Shown here: one piece after another, positions 16,796-25,337 of the stretch
Layout: each line of letters begins with the position of its first letter
Position numbering within the stretch: position 1 is the stretch's first letter
Assembly: GCA_002348615.1 (NCBI GenBank)
Contig: DEBR01000003.1
Coordinates: 12,268 to 76,267, forward strand
Length of the DNA: 64,000 nt
DNA from: Candidatus Saccharibacteria bacterium UBA2951
GTDB taxonomy: Bacteria > Patescibacteriota > Saccharimonadia > Saccharimonadales > Saccharimonadaceae
Direction of reading: 5' to 3'
The notes under the pieces: generated by a model
Databases searched by the model: none
Seen by the model: only the letters and a program-made list of their open reading frames with translations
What the model was told of the DNA's origin: nothing
Position numbers and translations under genes: made by a program

Positions 16796-19628
16796 ATCAG
16801 GCACGCGACGTCGGGCGATCGAATACGAAAAGGATTGGGTGCAGCGCTGGAAAGCTGACCGTACGTTCGAAAAGTCGGTCGAAAACCGTCCGAAAGACAA
16901 TTCCTATGTATTCTACGACGGCCCGCCGTTCATTTCCGGCGTGCCACATCACGGAACTCTGCTGAGTTCTATCGTCAAAGACGCGGTTCCACGCTACCAA
17001 ACCATGAAGGGCAAGCGCGTTGAGCGCGTATGGGGTTGGGATTGCCACGGACTTCCCGCCGAACGTTTTACCGAAAAGAAGCTTGGTATCCACTCGCGCC
17101 AGGAAGTCCTGGAATATGGCATTGAAAAGTACATCAATGCCACCCGCGCCAACATGGTGCAGACCAGCAGCGAATGGGAAGATGTCGTCGACCGTATCGG
17201 CCGCTGGGTCGAATTCAAGGGCGCGTACAAGACCATGGACAAAGATTACATGGAGTCTATTTGGTGGGCGTTCAAGACACTGTACGAAAAGGGCAAGATT
17301 TACGAAGGCGAAAAGGTGCTCATGTACTGCACGCTCGACGGCACGCCGCTTAGTAAAGCCGAAGTCACTATGGACGCCGGCGCTTATCAAGATGTGACCG
17401 AACCAAGCGTGTTCGTGAAGTTCAAGCTCGAGGACGGCCGTAACCTGCTGGCCTGGACCACGACGCCATGGACCCTACCGGCCAACACGGCACTTGCGGT
17501 TAACAAGGGCGTGACGTACGTTGAAGTCGAGCTAGACGGCGAAACATATGTCGTCGCCAAGCCATTGGTTGAAAAGACATTTACCGACGAAAAACATCAG
17601 CCACTCGACTTTAAAGTCGGGAAGTCATTCAAAGGCGAGCAGTTGGTTGGTTTGTCTTACGAACCGCTGTTCGCTGATCGCGGCAAGAATGCTCATAAAG
17701 TCTGGCATGCTGACTATGTAGAAACTGAGGCTGGAACCGGTATCGTCCACCTGGCACCCACCTACGGTGAGGAAGACTTTGAGCTCGCCAAAAAAGAAAA
17801 GTTCCCGGCCGTGCATGTTATCGATGAGAACGGATTCTTCACCGAAGGTGACTGGAAGGGCCACAACGTCTGGGAGATTAACAAGCAAATCGCTAAAGAC
17901 CTGAAAGAGCGCGGCGTCGTTTGGAAGATCGACTACGTCACGCACAGCTACCCGCACTGTCACCGCTGCGGCACCAAGCTGATGTACCGTGCACACCCAA
18001 GTTGGTTCATGGACATCGACGGCCAGCGCGAAAAAATGCTTAAAAAGAACGAGAACATCAATTGGTTTCCAGGTCATGTCAAACACGGTCGCTTCGAAAA
18101 AACCGTCGAGCAGGCTCCGGACTGGAATATCAGCCGTGACCGTTTTTGGGCGACCGCCATGCCGGTATGGAAGACCGAAAGCGGCAAGACGCGCATCGTC
18201 GGCAGCTACGCCGAACTGAAAGAGCTGTCAGGCGTCGAGCTCGACGATTACCACCGCCCATGGATCGACGACGTGAAATTTACCATCGACGGGGAAGAGT
18301 ATACCCGGATCGACAAGGTCATGGACAGCTGGTTCGAAGCCGGCTCCATGCCGTTCGCCCAGTTCCATTACCCGTTTGAAAACAAAGAGAAGTTCGAAGA
18401 AAACTTCCCGGGCGACTTTATCGTCGAATATATCGGCCAGGTCCGCGCTTGGTTCTACTACATGCACGCCATGGCCGTGGCACTGTTCGGTGAAAACTCG
18501 TTCAAGAACGTCATCGTGACAGGAAACGTCGCCGGAAATGACGGCCGCAAAATGAGTAAGAGCTACGGCAACTATACAGACCCCAACGAGCTGATGGATA
18601 AGTTCTCGGCCGATAGCCTTCGGTTCCTGCTGCTTTCAAGCCCGCTCTTAAACGGCGAAGACTTTTCGCTGCAGGACAAAGAAGTCGGCGACGTCGCGCG
18701 TAAGCTCGGCATGATTTGGAACATGTACGACTTCTTTACTATGTACGCCGAAGTCGATGGCTGGGAATTTGATGGTGAGCTGAAAGACCCACTAGAAGAC
18801 GCGACGAATCCGCTCGACATCTGGATTATCAGCCGGGTACACCAGCTGGTTGGTGAAGTCGAAGCACATATGGACAAATACGATATTCCGAACGCGCTCG
18901 ACCCGATACTGCCGTTCCTGGACGATGCTTCAAACTGGTACGTCCGCCGTTCACGCCGCCGATTCTGGAAGAGCGAAGACGACGGTGACAAAGACATGGC
19001 ATATCGCACGCTCCACTACGTGTTGGTCCGCTTAGCGTACGTTCTCGCACCGTTCACACCGTTCCTCGCCGAAGAGCTGTACCAGAACCTGACAGGTGAC
19101 AAAGAATCGATCCACCTGAAGGATTGGCTGCCAAAAGGCCAGATTAACGAGCTGGTCATGAACGATATGGATACGGTTCGAGAATACGTGAACCAAGGCC
19201 TCAGCCTGCGCGCCAAAGCCGGCCTGAAAGTCCGCCAGCCGCTTGCCAGCGTGAGCGTACCGGCACTCGGCGAACATGTCGAATTCGAGCCGATTCTCCG
19301 CGACGAACTGAATGTCAAAGAAGTGAAAGTAAGTGCCGAAGTAGCTATAGACGAGAAACTTACGCCGGAACTCAAACGCGAAGGCCTCATGCGCGAAGTC
19401 ATTCGCCACGTCCAATCGGCCCGAAAAGCCGCCGGTTTGAACGTCGACGACCGCATAGCGTTGTCGCTCAGTTCCGAAGACGACGAACTGGTAAATGCCA
19501 TCAACGAACACGAGCAGACCATCATGGACGAAACGCTTGCCACGCAAATGGTAGAGCATGATCTGTCGTTTGCTCAGTCGGTCAAGGTCGAAGGCAGCGA
19601 CCTGGTCATCTCGCTCGAAAAAGTCTAG
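16779..19628 (+). CDS. ileS: isoleucyl-tRNA synthetase
   Basis: Class I motifs PHHGT (HIGH-like) and KMSKS. CP1 editing domain. GGAGG precedes the GTG/ATG/ATG cluster at 16779-16787. Confidence 0.97.
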   Translation: MMMKFKSGTRRRAIEYEKDWVQRWKADRTFEKSVENRPKDNSYVFYDGPPFISGVPHHGTLLSSIVKDAVPRYQTMKGKRVERVWGWDCHGLPAERFTEKKLGIHSRQEVLEYGIEKYINATRANMVQTSSEWEDVVDRIGRWVEFKGAYKTMDKDYMESIWWAFKTLYEKGKIYEGEKVLMYCTLDGTPLSKAEVTMDAGAYQDVTEPSVFVKFKLEDGRNLLAWTTTPWTLPANTALAVNKGVTYVEVELDGETYVVAKPLVEKTFTDEKHQPLDFKVGKSFKGEQLVGLSYEPLFADRGKNAHKVWHADYVETEAGTGIVHLAPTYGEEDFELAKKEKFPAVHVIDENGFFTEGDWKGHNVWEINKQIAKDLKERGVVWKIDYVTHSYPHCHRCGTKLMYRAHPSWFMDIDGQREKMLKKNENINWFPGHVKHGRFEKTVEQAPDWNISRDRFWATAMPVWKTESGKTRIVGSYAELKELSGVELDDYHRPWIDDVKFTIDGEEYTRIDKVMDSWFEAGSMPFAQFHYPFENKEKFEENFPGDFIVEYIGQVRAWFYYMHAMAVALFGENSFKNVIVTGNVAGNDGRKMSKSYGNYTDPNELMDKFSADSLRFLLLSSPLLNGEDFSLQDKEVGDVARKLGMIWNMYDFFTMYAEVDGWEFDGELKDPLEDATNPLDIWIISRVHQLVGEVEAHMDKYDIPNALDPILPFLDDASNWYVRRSRRRFWKSEDDGDKDMAYRTLHYVLVRLAYVLAPFTPFLAEELYQNLTGDKESIHLKDWLPKGQINELVMNDMDTVREYVNQGLSLRAKAGLKVRQPLASVSVPALGEHVEFEPILRDELNVKEVKVSAEVAIDEKLTPELKREGLMREVIRHVQSARKAAGLNVDDRIALSLSSEDDELVNAINEHEQTIMDETLATQMVEHDLSFAQSVKVEGSDLVISLEKV

Positions 19629-19630
19629 CC

Positions 19631-19639
19631 TGCTACCAT
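19631..19639 (+). promoter_or_regulatory. extended -10 box (TGCTACCAT) 6 nt upstream of the ATG at 19646
   Basis: TGCTACCAT at 19631-39. No Shine-Dalgarno before the ATG. Confidence 0.4.
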
Positions 19640-19645
19640 AGTTAT

Positions 19646-20392
19646 ATGACAAAAAATAAAAAGCCGGTCATTGGTATCGTGCCTTCTTTTGACGAGGGCA
19701 TAAACATTCCGGCTGGTGGAGACATTAAGCGCATATATCTTCGCGAAGAGTATATGCGACATATTGCCGAAGTCGGCGCGATACCGATTATCGTGCACCC
19801 CAACATGACCATGGACGATATTGTTGCCATGTGTGATGGAGTCGTCATTTCAGGTGGGGGAGACATTGATCCGGAATCGTACGGTCAAAAACCATTACCC
19901 GAAGCCAGTTTTTTTGAAGTCGAACGTAATCATGAAATCTTAAAGACGATTCGGTTCGAAGAACCACGCAGCCGGTTTGAGTGGGAAACGCTACTAATAG
20001 AAGCTTGCGACAAGGCAAAGTTGCCGATTCTTGGCATTTGTTATGGCATGCAGCGTTTGAATGTGCATTATGGCGGTACACTTATCCAGGATATCCCATT
20101 CCAACGTCCCGATAACATCGGTCATGATGTCACCGCACACGACGTCACTCTTACAAGTAAGTTCCTCAGTATGGAAAAAGGTTCATATATCATCGCGTCG
20201 CGCCACCATCAGGCGATTGATATGTTAGCAGACGGGTTTACGGTCGTCGCGACCGCGCCAGATGGCATTATCGAAGCAATGAAGGGGTATGGACACTTCG
20301 GCATGCAGTGGCACCCTGAGTCGGACTCAACTGGTATCCATGTCTACCGCGCATTCGTTGAGCACTGTGTAGCACAGAAAAATGAGAAATAG
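19646..20392 (+). CDS. class I glutamine amidotransferase, gamma-glutamyl hydrolase (peptidase C26/PuuD-like)
   Basis: Nucleophile elbow GICYGMQ and the His-Glu pair in QWHPE. Confidence 0.85.
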   Translation: MTKNKKPVIGIVPSFDEGINIPAGGDIKRIYLREEYMRHIAEVGAIPIIVHPNMTMDDIVAMCDGVVISGGGDIDPESYGQKPLPEASFFEVERNHEILKTIRFEEPRSRFEWETLLIEACDKAKLPILGICYGMQRLNVHYGGTLIQDIPFQRPDNIGHDVTAHDVTLTSKFLSMEKGSYIIASRHHQAIDMLADGFTVVATAPDGIIEAMKGYGHFGMQWHPESDSTGIHVYRAFVEHCVAQKNEK

Positions 20393-20404
20393 CTGAAAAT
20401 CCTA

Positions 20405-20433
20405 TTGACGCTACGGAACCATAAGCGTATACC
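20405..20433 (+). promoter_or_regulatory. candidate promoter at the start of the GC-rich islet
   Basis: TTGACG (20405-10), 17-nt spacer, TATACC (20428-33). Confidence 0.35.
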
Positions 20434-20549
20434 TAAGGTAATACTTCGGGTCAAAGACAAACACAACTGAACATGACATGAGGTACGCCCTTTTCTAGGA
20501 ACAGGAAAGAAGAGCGTATCTTGCGAGCGAGGACAACGAGGAGGGAACC

Positions 20550-20810
20550 ATGACCCTACAGACCCGCGAAGGAGCAATCGATGAGGTGATCTCACAGGTC
20601 AGAACGGCCAACGGCCGGAAGCTGACCCAGCGACTTCGCCCCGACGAGGTACGGTCGTACCTCGGAGACCTCTGCAGCCTGCTGCAGTGCCACTTCCTCG
20701 ACCTTCCCGTCCAGCTGGCGGACATCGCCCTGCGTGACGGAGGAACGTCGAGAGCCGAGCTGGTAGACGAGCTCATCCAGATGCGCGTCCACCCCATGGT
20801 CGCCGCCTGA
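20550..20810 (+). CDS. hypothetical protein encoded in a G+C-rich islet
   Basis: 86 aa. GGAGGG 4 nt upstream of the ATG. Codons overwhelmingly end in G/C, unlike neighbouring genes. No recognisable domain. Confidence 0.5.
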   Translation: MTLQTREGAIDEVISQVRTANGRKLTQRLRPDEVRSYLGDLCSLLQCHFLDLPVQLADIALRDGGTSRAELVDELIQMRVHPMVAA

Positions 20811-20872
20811 AAGGAGGCCGCTGCAAGACAACTTCATACTGGCCGCCCCCAGGCCGGCCTGTTTCGCCCCAA

Positions 20873-20905
20873 GGGCCCCTTCTCCGTATGAGTGAGAAGG
20901 GGCCC
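20873..20905 (+). terminator. 12-bp perfect GC-rich hairpin without a T-tract (candidate intrinsic terminator)
   Basis: GGGCCCCTTCTC (20873-84), 9-nt loop, GAGAAGGGGCCC (20894-905), 60 nt after the 20550 ORF stop. Confidence 0.5.
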
Positions 20906-20924
20906 TGAAACACGTTTGGGCATA

Positions 20925-20953
20925 TTGACTTTTAATACCGTTTATGCTATTAT
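20925..20953 (+). promoter_or_regulatory. sigma70-like promoter, near-duplicate of the 313-341 promoter
   Basis: TTGACT (20925-30), 17-nt spacer, TATTAT (20948-53). Shares ATATTGACTT...AATA...TTTATGCTA with 309-337. Confidence 0.5.
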
Positions 20954-20979
20954 GAATGTATAAAGGTATAAACAAAAAC

Positions 20980-21183
20980 ATGTCATTATTCCACCACCAA
21001 CTCAGTTTCGCTCCTGTCGACCCAATGGCAGACGGCTTAGGCGACGATATTTCAGCCGAGCAGCGTGAAGAAGAACATTTTGAACTTCAGGAACAACTAG
21101 ATGGACGCTTGGCCGACGAATGGGAAGAAATCCTGAACGATGCCCGTAAAGACCCGGACTTCAACTTTGTCAGTGAAGAGTAA
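20980..21183 (+). CDS. hypothetical small acidic protein
   Basis: 67 aa from the ATG at 20980. The ORF-track start at 20956 lies only a few nt from the predicted -10. No clear Shine-Dalgarno. Confidence 0.4.
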   Translation: MSLFHHQLSFAPVDPMADGLGDDISAEQREEEHFELQEQLDGRLADEWEEILNDARKDPDFNFVSEE

Positions 21184-21221
21184 ACTATACATTGTATAGT
21201 AGATTATGATATTATTCTGAC

Positions 21222-21494
21222 ATGAGCAGAATTATCATCGACACTAGGGAATCATTCGAATATGAATCTAGCCACGTCAAAGGCGCTATTAACATACCGC
21301 CGCAAAAATTCATGCAGCCGAACTTGCCAAAAGAGCTGGAAGCGGTAAGTAAAGATGACGAAATAATCGTTTATTGCCGCAGTGGGCAGCGTTCGAACAC
21401 TGTCGGGCAAATCCTGCGTTCGCATGGATTTACGAACATCGTGAACGGTATTAACGAGCACCATGTCGCCAAAATGCTGAAAGCAGCCGCATGA
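21222..21494 (+). CDS. single-domain rhodanese-like sulfurtransferase
   Basis: Active-site loop CRSGQRS. Confidence 0.85.
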   Translation: MSRIIIDTRESFEYESSHVKGAINIPPQKFMQPNLPKELEAVSKDDEIIVYCRSGQRSNTVGQILRSHGFTNIVNGINEHHVAKMLKAAA

Positions 21495-21877
21495 CAGAAC
21501 TGACTGATGAGTTGTTTGACCAGCTCATCACAAGGGCGATGGATGAGCTGCCGCAAGAATATATACGCGGTCTGCAGAATGTTGCTATCGTCATGGCAGA
21601 TGAACCCGACGAACAGCAGCGTGAAAAGCTAAAGCTCGGGCATGGCAACTTGCTACTTGGCTTGTACGAAGGCGTGCCCCTTACGCGCCGGACTGGCAAC
21701 GAACCTGGGCTGCTGCCCGACAAAATCACGTTGTTCAAAAACCCGATTCTTATGGTCAGTCGCGACGAAACCGCCCTATTTGAGCAGATAAAGCGGACAT
21801 TATGGCACGAAATTGCCCATTATTACGGTCTCGACCACGATCGGATTGACCACTTGGAACGACGCCCAAAGCCGTAA
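21491..21877 (+). CDS. minimal zincin metallopeptidase-family protein (Zincin_1/DUF1025-like)
   Basis: LLGLYEGVPLTRR and HEIAHYYGLDHD zinc motif. ATGA overlap with the rhodanese gene. Confidence 0.8.
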   Translation: MTELTDELFDQLITRAMDELPQEYIRGLQNVAIVMADEPDEQQREKLKLGHGNLLLGLYEGVPLTRRTGNEPGLLPDKITLFKNPILMVSRDETALFEQIKRTLWHEIAHYYGLDHDRIDHLERRPKP

Positions 21878-21952
21878 AAACGGGCAGGCAGGTAAGCATT
21901 AGCGTATAATAGGGGCAGAGCACTAATCATTTCGATATGAAATAAAGATGGA

Positions 21953-23086
21953 GTGACGGAGCAAATACGGGTGAGGATAGCGCGAGGTAACCACCGAAAG
22001 ACAGCATGGCGATACGCACGAGTATTTGTCATGGTCGCTGTCACGGCAACCGCCTCACTGTGGCTCCACAAATCCCTTGTCCCGACAGTCGCGGCCGAAC
22101 CGGATAAGGTGCCGGCTGAAGAACAGGCGCCTCTGGCCGACCAACAACCGACACAGACCTTACTGCAGACTGGCGAACCGCAGTCCACGACTGCGGCTGA
22201 GACGAAGCCGGCTGATACGATACTGCGATGGACACCGACCGGCGTAGGGGACGTACAGGATATGTATGATATCCGCGTCGCGACCGACCCGACGGTTGAC
22301 CCTGCTAAGGGCGAGCTCACGACAGCTATGGTAAAAACAGTCGACGGGTTAGTTTCGGCAGAATTTGACGCTCGGGACTTACCGGAAGGTGTATATTACT
22401 GGCAAGTTCGGTCGTGTTCGGCCGCGCTGCCATCTGCCTGTCATGATTGGTCGGCGGTCTGGACTTTACGTGTCGACGCGACTGTACCGGTTGCCCCGAC
22501 GGTTGAATTCACGAGTGAGACCTATAGTCAGACGGTTTCGTTCGCGGGTACGGCCGAAGCAGCTACGACGGTAAGTGTCACGGTGGGCGACAAAACATGT
22601 ACGGCAACCGCCGGCGAAAATGGCGCGTGGAGCTGTACGTTCGACGGCGATTTTGAGTACGGCGATTACACCGCGACGGTCCGTACGGCCGATACGGCAA
22701 AAAACGTAAGTCCGGACGTTCTGTTGGACTTCAATGTTAAGGAGCTGTTTGTCGCCCCTGTCATAACGCAGGCAGAGCTTCCGCCGGTACTCGACATCGT
22801 ACCTGTTGACGAAACGCCGGAAAACAAAGTGGAGCAAAAACCCGTTACTGCGGTCATTGACGTCGTAAACACAGGGACTGCCACCGACCAAGATATATCG
22901 ACACCTACCGTCGCCATCAAACCGTTATCGACCGACGGAGGCATTATCCAATCGAGTGAGAACGGATGGCAGATTTTTGGTCTGCCGTGGTTCTTGTGGG
23001 CTGGAAGCGGCGCCGGACTAGCAGGAGCATTCTGGGCCTTTGGCGTGCCGGTTCCGCGCCGCCTGACCGCTATGTTCAGTCTGTAA
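21953..23086 (+). CDS. surface protein with bacterial Ig-like domain(s), N-terminal anchor and C-terminal TM
   Basis: N-terminal hydrophobic VFVMVAVTATASLW. Ig-like stretch TVSFAGTAEAATTVSVTVGDKTCTATAGENGAWSCTF. C-terminal LPWFLWAGSGAGLAGAFWAFG. Start uncertain (GTG at 21953 or 21971). Confidence 0.7.
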   Translation: MTEQIRVRIARGNHRKTAWRYARVFVMVAVTATASLWLHKSLVPTVAAEPDKVPAEEQAPLADQQPTQTLLQTGEPQSTTAAETKPADTILRWTPTGVGDVQDMYDIRVATDPTVDPAKGELTTAMVKTVDGLVSAEFDARDLPEGVYYWQVRSCSAALPSACHDWSAVWTLRVDATVPVAPTVEFTSETYSQTVSFAGTAEAATTVSVTVGDKTCTATAGENGAWSCTFDGDFEYGDYTATVRTADTAKNVSPDVLLDFNVKELFVAPVITQAELPPVLDIVPVDETPENKVEQKPVTAVIDVVNTGTATDQDISTPTVAIKPLSTDGGIIQSSENGWQIFGLPWFLWAGSGAGLAGAFWAFGVPVPRRLTAMFSL

Positions 23087-23151
23087 TAACTCCTGAAAAT
23101 ACCGGAATTCCCGTAAGTGCTATACTTGTGATAGCATAACCGGTAAATTTC

Positions 23152-24045
23152 ATGCCTTCGACGAAATATAAAAGTAAAAACAGGGGTATCCACAAAAAAG
23201 CCGCGCGCGGCTTGCTCCATACGCTCATACCTCATAAGGGAAACGGATACCGCCCTCACTTAATCAGACCGCTCGGACTCCTGCTCGTGCTCGCGGCCGT
23301 TTTAGCGCTGCAGTTTCTGGCCATCACCCCGAAAGTCGGTTCGGTCAAAGGCGCCGCGACCGACTTTTCGCGTCAGTCGTTACTAGATGAGACCAACAAA
23401 GTACGGGAAAGCAGCGGCGCCCCACTGTTGAATTTGAATGACAAGCTTAACTCCGCTGCGGGCTTGAAGGCACGCGACATTCTTGTGCGTCAGTATTGGG
23501 CGCACGTCGCACCGGACGGTACGACGCCTTGGTATTGGTTCCGCGAGGTGAACTATCGGTACGACTTTGCCGCCGAAAACTTAGCAAAGGGCTTCCAGAC
23601 ACCGTTGGGAGTCGTAGCTGCGTGGATGGATTTCGAGGAGCATCGGAACAACATGTTAAGCCAAGATTACCAAGATGTAGGGTTTGGCGTGGCCGAAGGT
23701 ACGCTGAACGGCGAACAGACGACCGTCGTAGTGGCGATGTATGGATCGCCCATTGGCGACCCTGTTGTTAGCGGCAGTGAAGTGCTAGCAACGAACGACG
23801 GCAGCATGAACCCGATTACTCGCTTTGGTGTAGGATTGCAGTCACTCGGACCGTTCACGCTTGGATCGATCGCGCTATTGTCACTCACGATCGTCGTCGG
23901 TTTGCTAGCGCATGCATTCCGCGACAAGCTGCCTGCTCCCATGCGAAAGAGCTGGAAACGACACCACGGACTATACACGGCCATTCTTACCGCTGGGTTA
24001 GTAACAGCGATTATTCTGCTGTACGGCGGCGGCCAAATTCTGTAG
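23152..24045 (+). CDS. CAP/SCP/PR1-like domain protein, membrane anchored
   Basis: YWAHVAPDG...AENLAKGF...AAWMDFEEHRNNML...VGFGV pattern of CAP domains. TM helices at both ends. Confidence 0.8.
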   Translation: MPSTKYKSKNRGIHKKAARGLLHTLIPHKGNGYRPHLIRPLGLLLVLAAVLALQFLAITPKVGSVKGAATDFSRQSLLDETNKVRESSGAPLLNLNDKLNSAAGLKARDILVRQYWAHVAPDGTTPWYWFREVNYRYDFAAENLAKGFQTPLGVVAAWMDFEEHRNNMLSQDYQDVGFGVAEGTLNGEQTTVVVAMYGSPIGDPVVSGSEVLATNDGSMNPITRFGVGLQSLGPFTLGSIALLSLTIVVGLLAHAFRDKLPAPMRKSWKRHHGLYTAILTAGLVTAIILLYGGGQIL

Positions 24046-24055
24046 ACTTAAGGTC

Positions 24056-24868
24056 ATGAACGTGACCAAAGCGATTATTCCGGTGGCAGGGTGGGGAACC
24101 CGCCGCTTACCGATTACCAAGACGATTGAAAAATGCATGCTGCCGATCGGCAACCGTCCACTTGTCGACTATGTCGTACAGGACTGCCTGAAGGCTGGTA
24201 TTAATGATCTATATTTTGTCGTCGGCGAACAAAGCACACAGCTGCAAGACTACTACCGCTCGAACATCCCACTCAACGATTATTTGCGACGTAATGGCAA
24301 AGAAGACAAGTTGGCACTTATCGCCCCGATTGACGACGTACAGCTGCACTTCATCGTTCAGCCAGGACAGGGTAAGTACGGTACTGCCGTCCCGATAGCA
24401 CTGGCCGCCCCATACGTTGAAGAGGGCGAATCGGTCGTCGTACTCATGGGTGACGATTTTATTTGGAACGAAGACGGCTCAAGCGAAGTCGCGCGTCTTC
24501 TCGAGGCCACACCGGAAGGAAGTTGCGGACTGCTCGCAGCGCGCGTTGACAAGAACGACGTGTCAAAATACGGCGTGATTGAAACGGACGAGCAGGGTAA
24601 TTACGTTAGGATCGTAGACCAGCCGACCCCGGAAGAAGCACCAAGCGACCTGATTAATATCTCGAAATACGTGCTAACAAAAGAGGTAATCGATCTTGCC
24701 CGTGGTCTGCAGCCGGCCCATAACGGCGAGTATCAACTGCCCGACGCTATCAATCAGTACGTTGCAAATGGTGGTAAGGTAAAGGTCGTGCCAGCCCAGG
24801 GTGAATATCTTGACGGCGGATCGGTCGAAGGTTGGCTGCACGCCAACAACGTGGTTGTCGGCAAATAG
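24056..24868 (+). CDS. galU: UTP--glucose-1-phosphate uridylyltransferase-like sugar nucleotidyltransferase
   Basis: KAIIPVAGWGTRRLPITKTIEKCMLPI N-terminal signature. Confidence 0.75.
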   Translation: MNVTKAIIPVAGWGTRRLPITKTIEKCMLPIGNRPLVDYVVQDCLKAGINDLYFVVGEQSTQLQDYYRSNIPLNDYLRRNGKEDKLALIAPIDDVQLHFIVQPGQGKYGTAVPIALAAPYVEEGESVVVLMGDDFIWNEDGSSEVARLLEATPEGSCGLLAARVDKNDVSKYGVIETDEQGNYVRIVDQPTPEEAPSDLINISKYVLTKEVIDLARGLQPAHNGEYQLPDAINQYVANGGKVKVVPAQGEYLDGGSVEGWLHANNVVVGK

Positions 24869-24883
24869 CATACGGAGCGGCCC

Positions 24884-24912
24884 TTGAATAAGCGGCTCAC
24901 ATCTGTTAAAAT
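24884..24912 (+). promoter_or_regulatory. sigma70-like promoter of rplU
   Basis: TTGAAT (24884-89), 17-nt spacer, TAAAAT (24907-12). Confidence 0.6.
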
Positions 24913-24945
24913 ACTCTAAGTTCAGTAAATAAAACGAAGGAAATC

Positions 24946-25254
24946 ATGAAAGCAGTCGTGAAAGTCGGTGGCAAGCAGTATGTTGTTGCCGAAAAAGAGA
25001 CCCTCCTGGTGGACCGCCTCCCGGATGGAACCAAAGAGCTCACACTCGACGCTATGTTGGTAATCGACGGTGACAAGACTACCGTAGGAACACCACTAGT
25101 AAAGGGCGTGGCCGTTAAAGCCAAGGTTGTAGACGAAGAAGTAAAGGGCGACAAGCTCCGCATCATCCGCTACAAAGCCAAAAAGCGCGTCCACAAAGAA
25201 ATGGGCCACCGGCAAAAGTACAGCCGGATCCAAGTAGCCTCAATCGGCAAATAA
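24946..25254 (+). CDS. rplU: 50S ribosomal protein L21
   Basis: MKAVVKVGGKQYVVAEKETLLVDRL... is typical bL21. Confidence 0.95.
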   Translation: MKAVVKVGGKQYVVAEKETLLVDRLPDGTKELTLDAMLVIDGDKTTVGTPLVKGVAVKAKVVDEEVKGDKLRIIRYKAKKRVHKEMGHRQKYSRIQVASIGK

Positions 25255-25255
25255 C

Positions 25256-25288
25256 AAAAATCCCCGCCAGATAAAGCGGGGATTTTTC
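25256..25288 (+). terminator. rho-independent terminator after rplU
   Basis: TCCCCGC-CAGATAAA-GCGGGGA followed by TTTTTC. Confidence 0.85.
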
Positions 25289-25337
25289 ATTGCCGCTCAT
25301 GCTACAATATAGCTAGTCATGAGGGGAAAATAGACAG

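Noticed and set aside
16797-19652. Several long minus-strand ORFs (16797..17390, 17625..18086, 18572..19009, 19016..19543, 19032..19652) inside ileS
   Set aside because: All are antisense to the 949-aa IleRS gene, which has clear class I motifs. None has a recognisable domain.
20344-20981. Minus-strand ORFs (83, 100 and 129 aa) in the GC-rich islet
   Set aside because: High G+C suppresses stop codons in all frames. Only the plus-strand 20550 ORF has a strong ribosome-binding site and GC3-biased codons.
23185-23197. GTATCCACA, an 8-of-9 match to a DnaA box, considered with nearby parAB/recF as a hint of oriC
   Set aside because: A single degenerate box inside a CDS. No cluster of boxes, no AT-rich unwinding element, and no dnaA/dnaN in the window.
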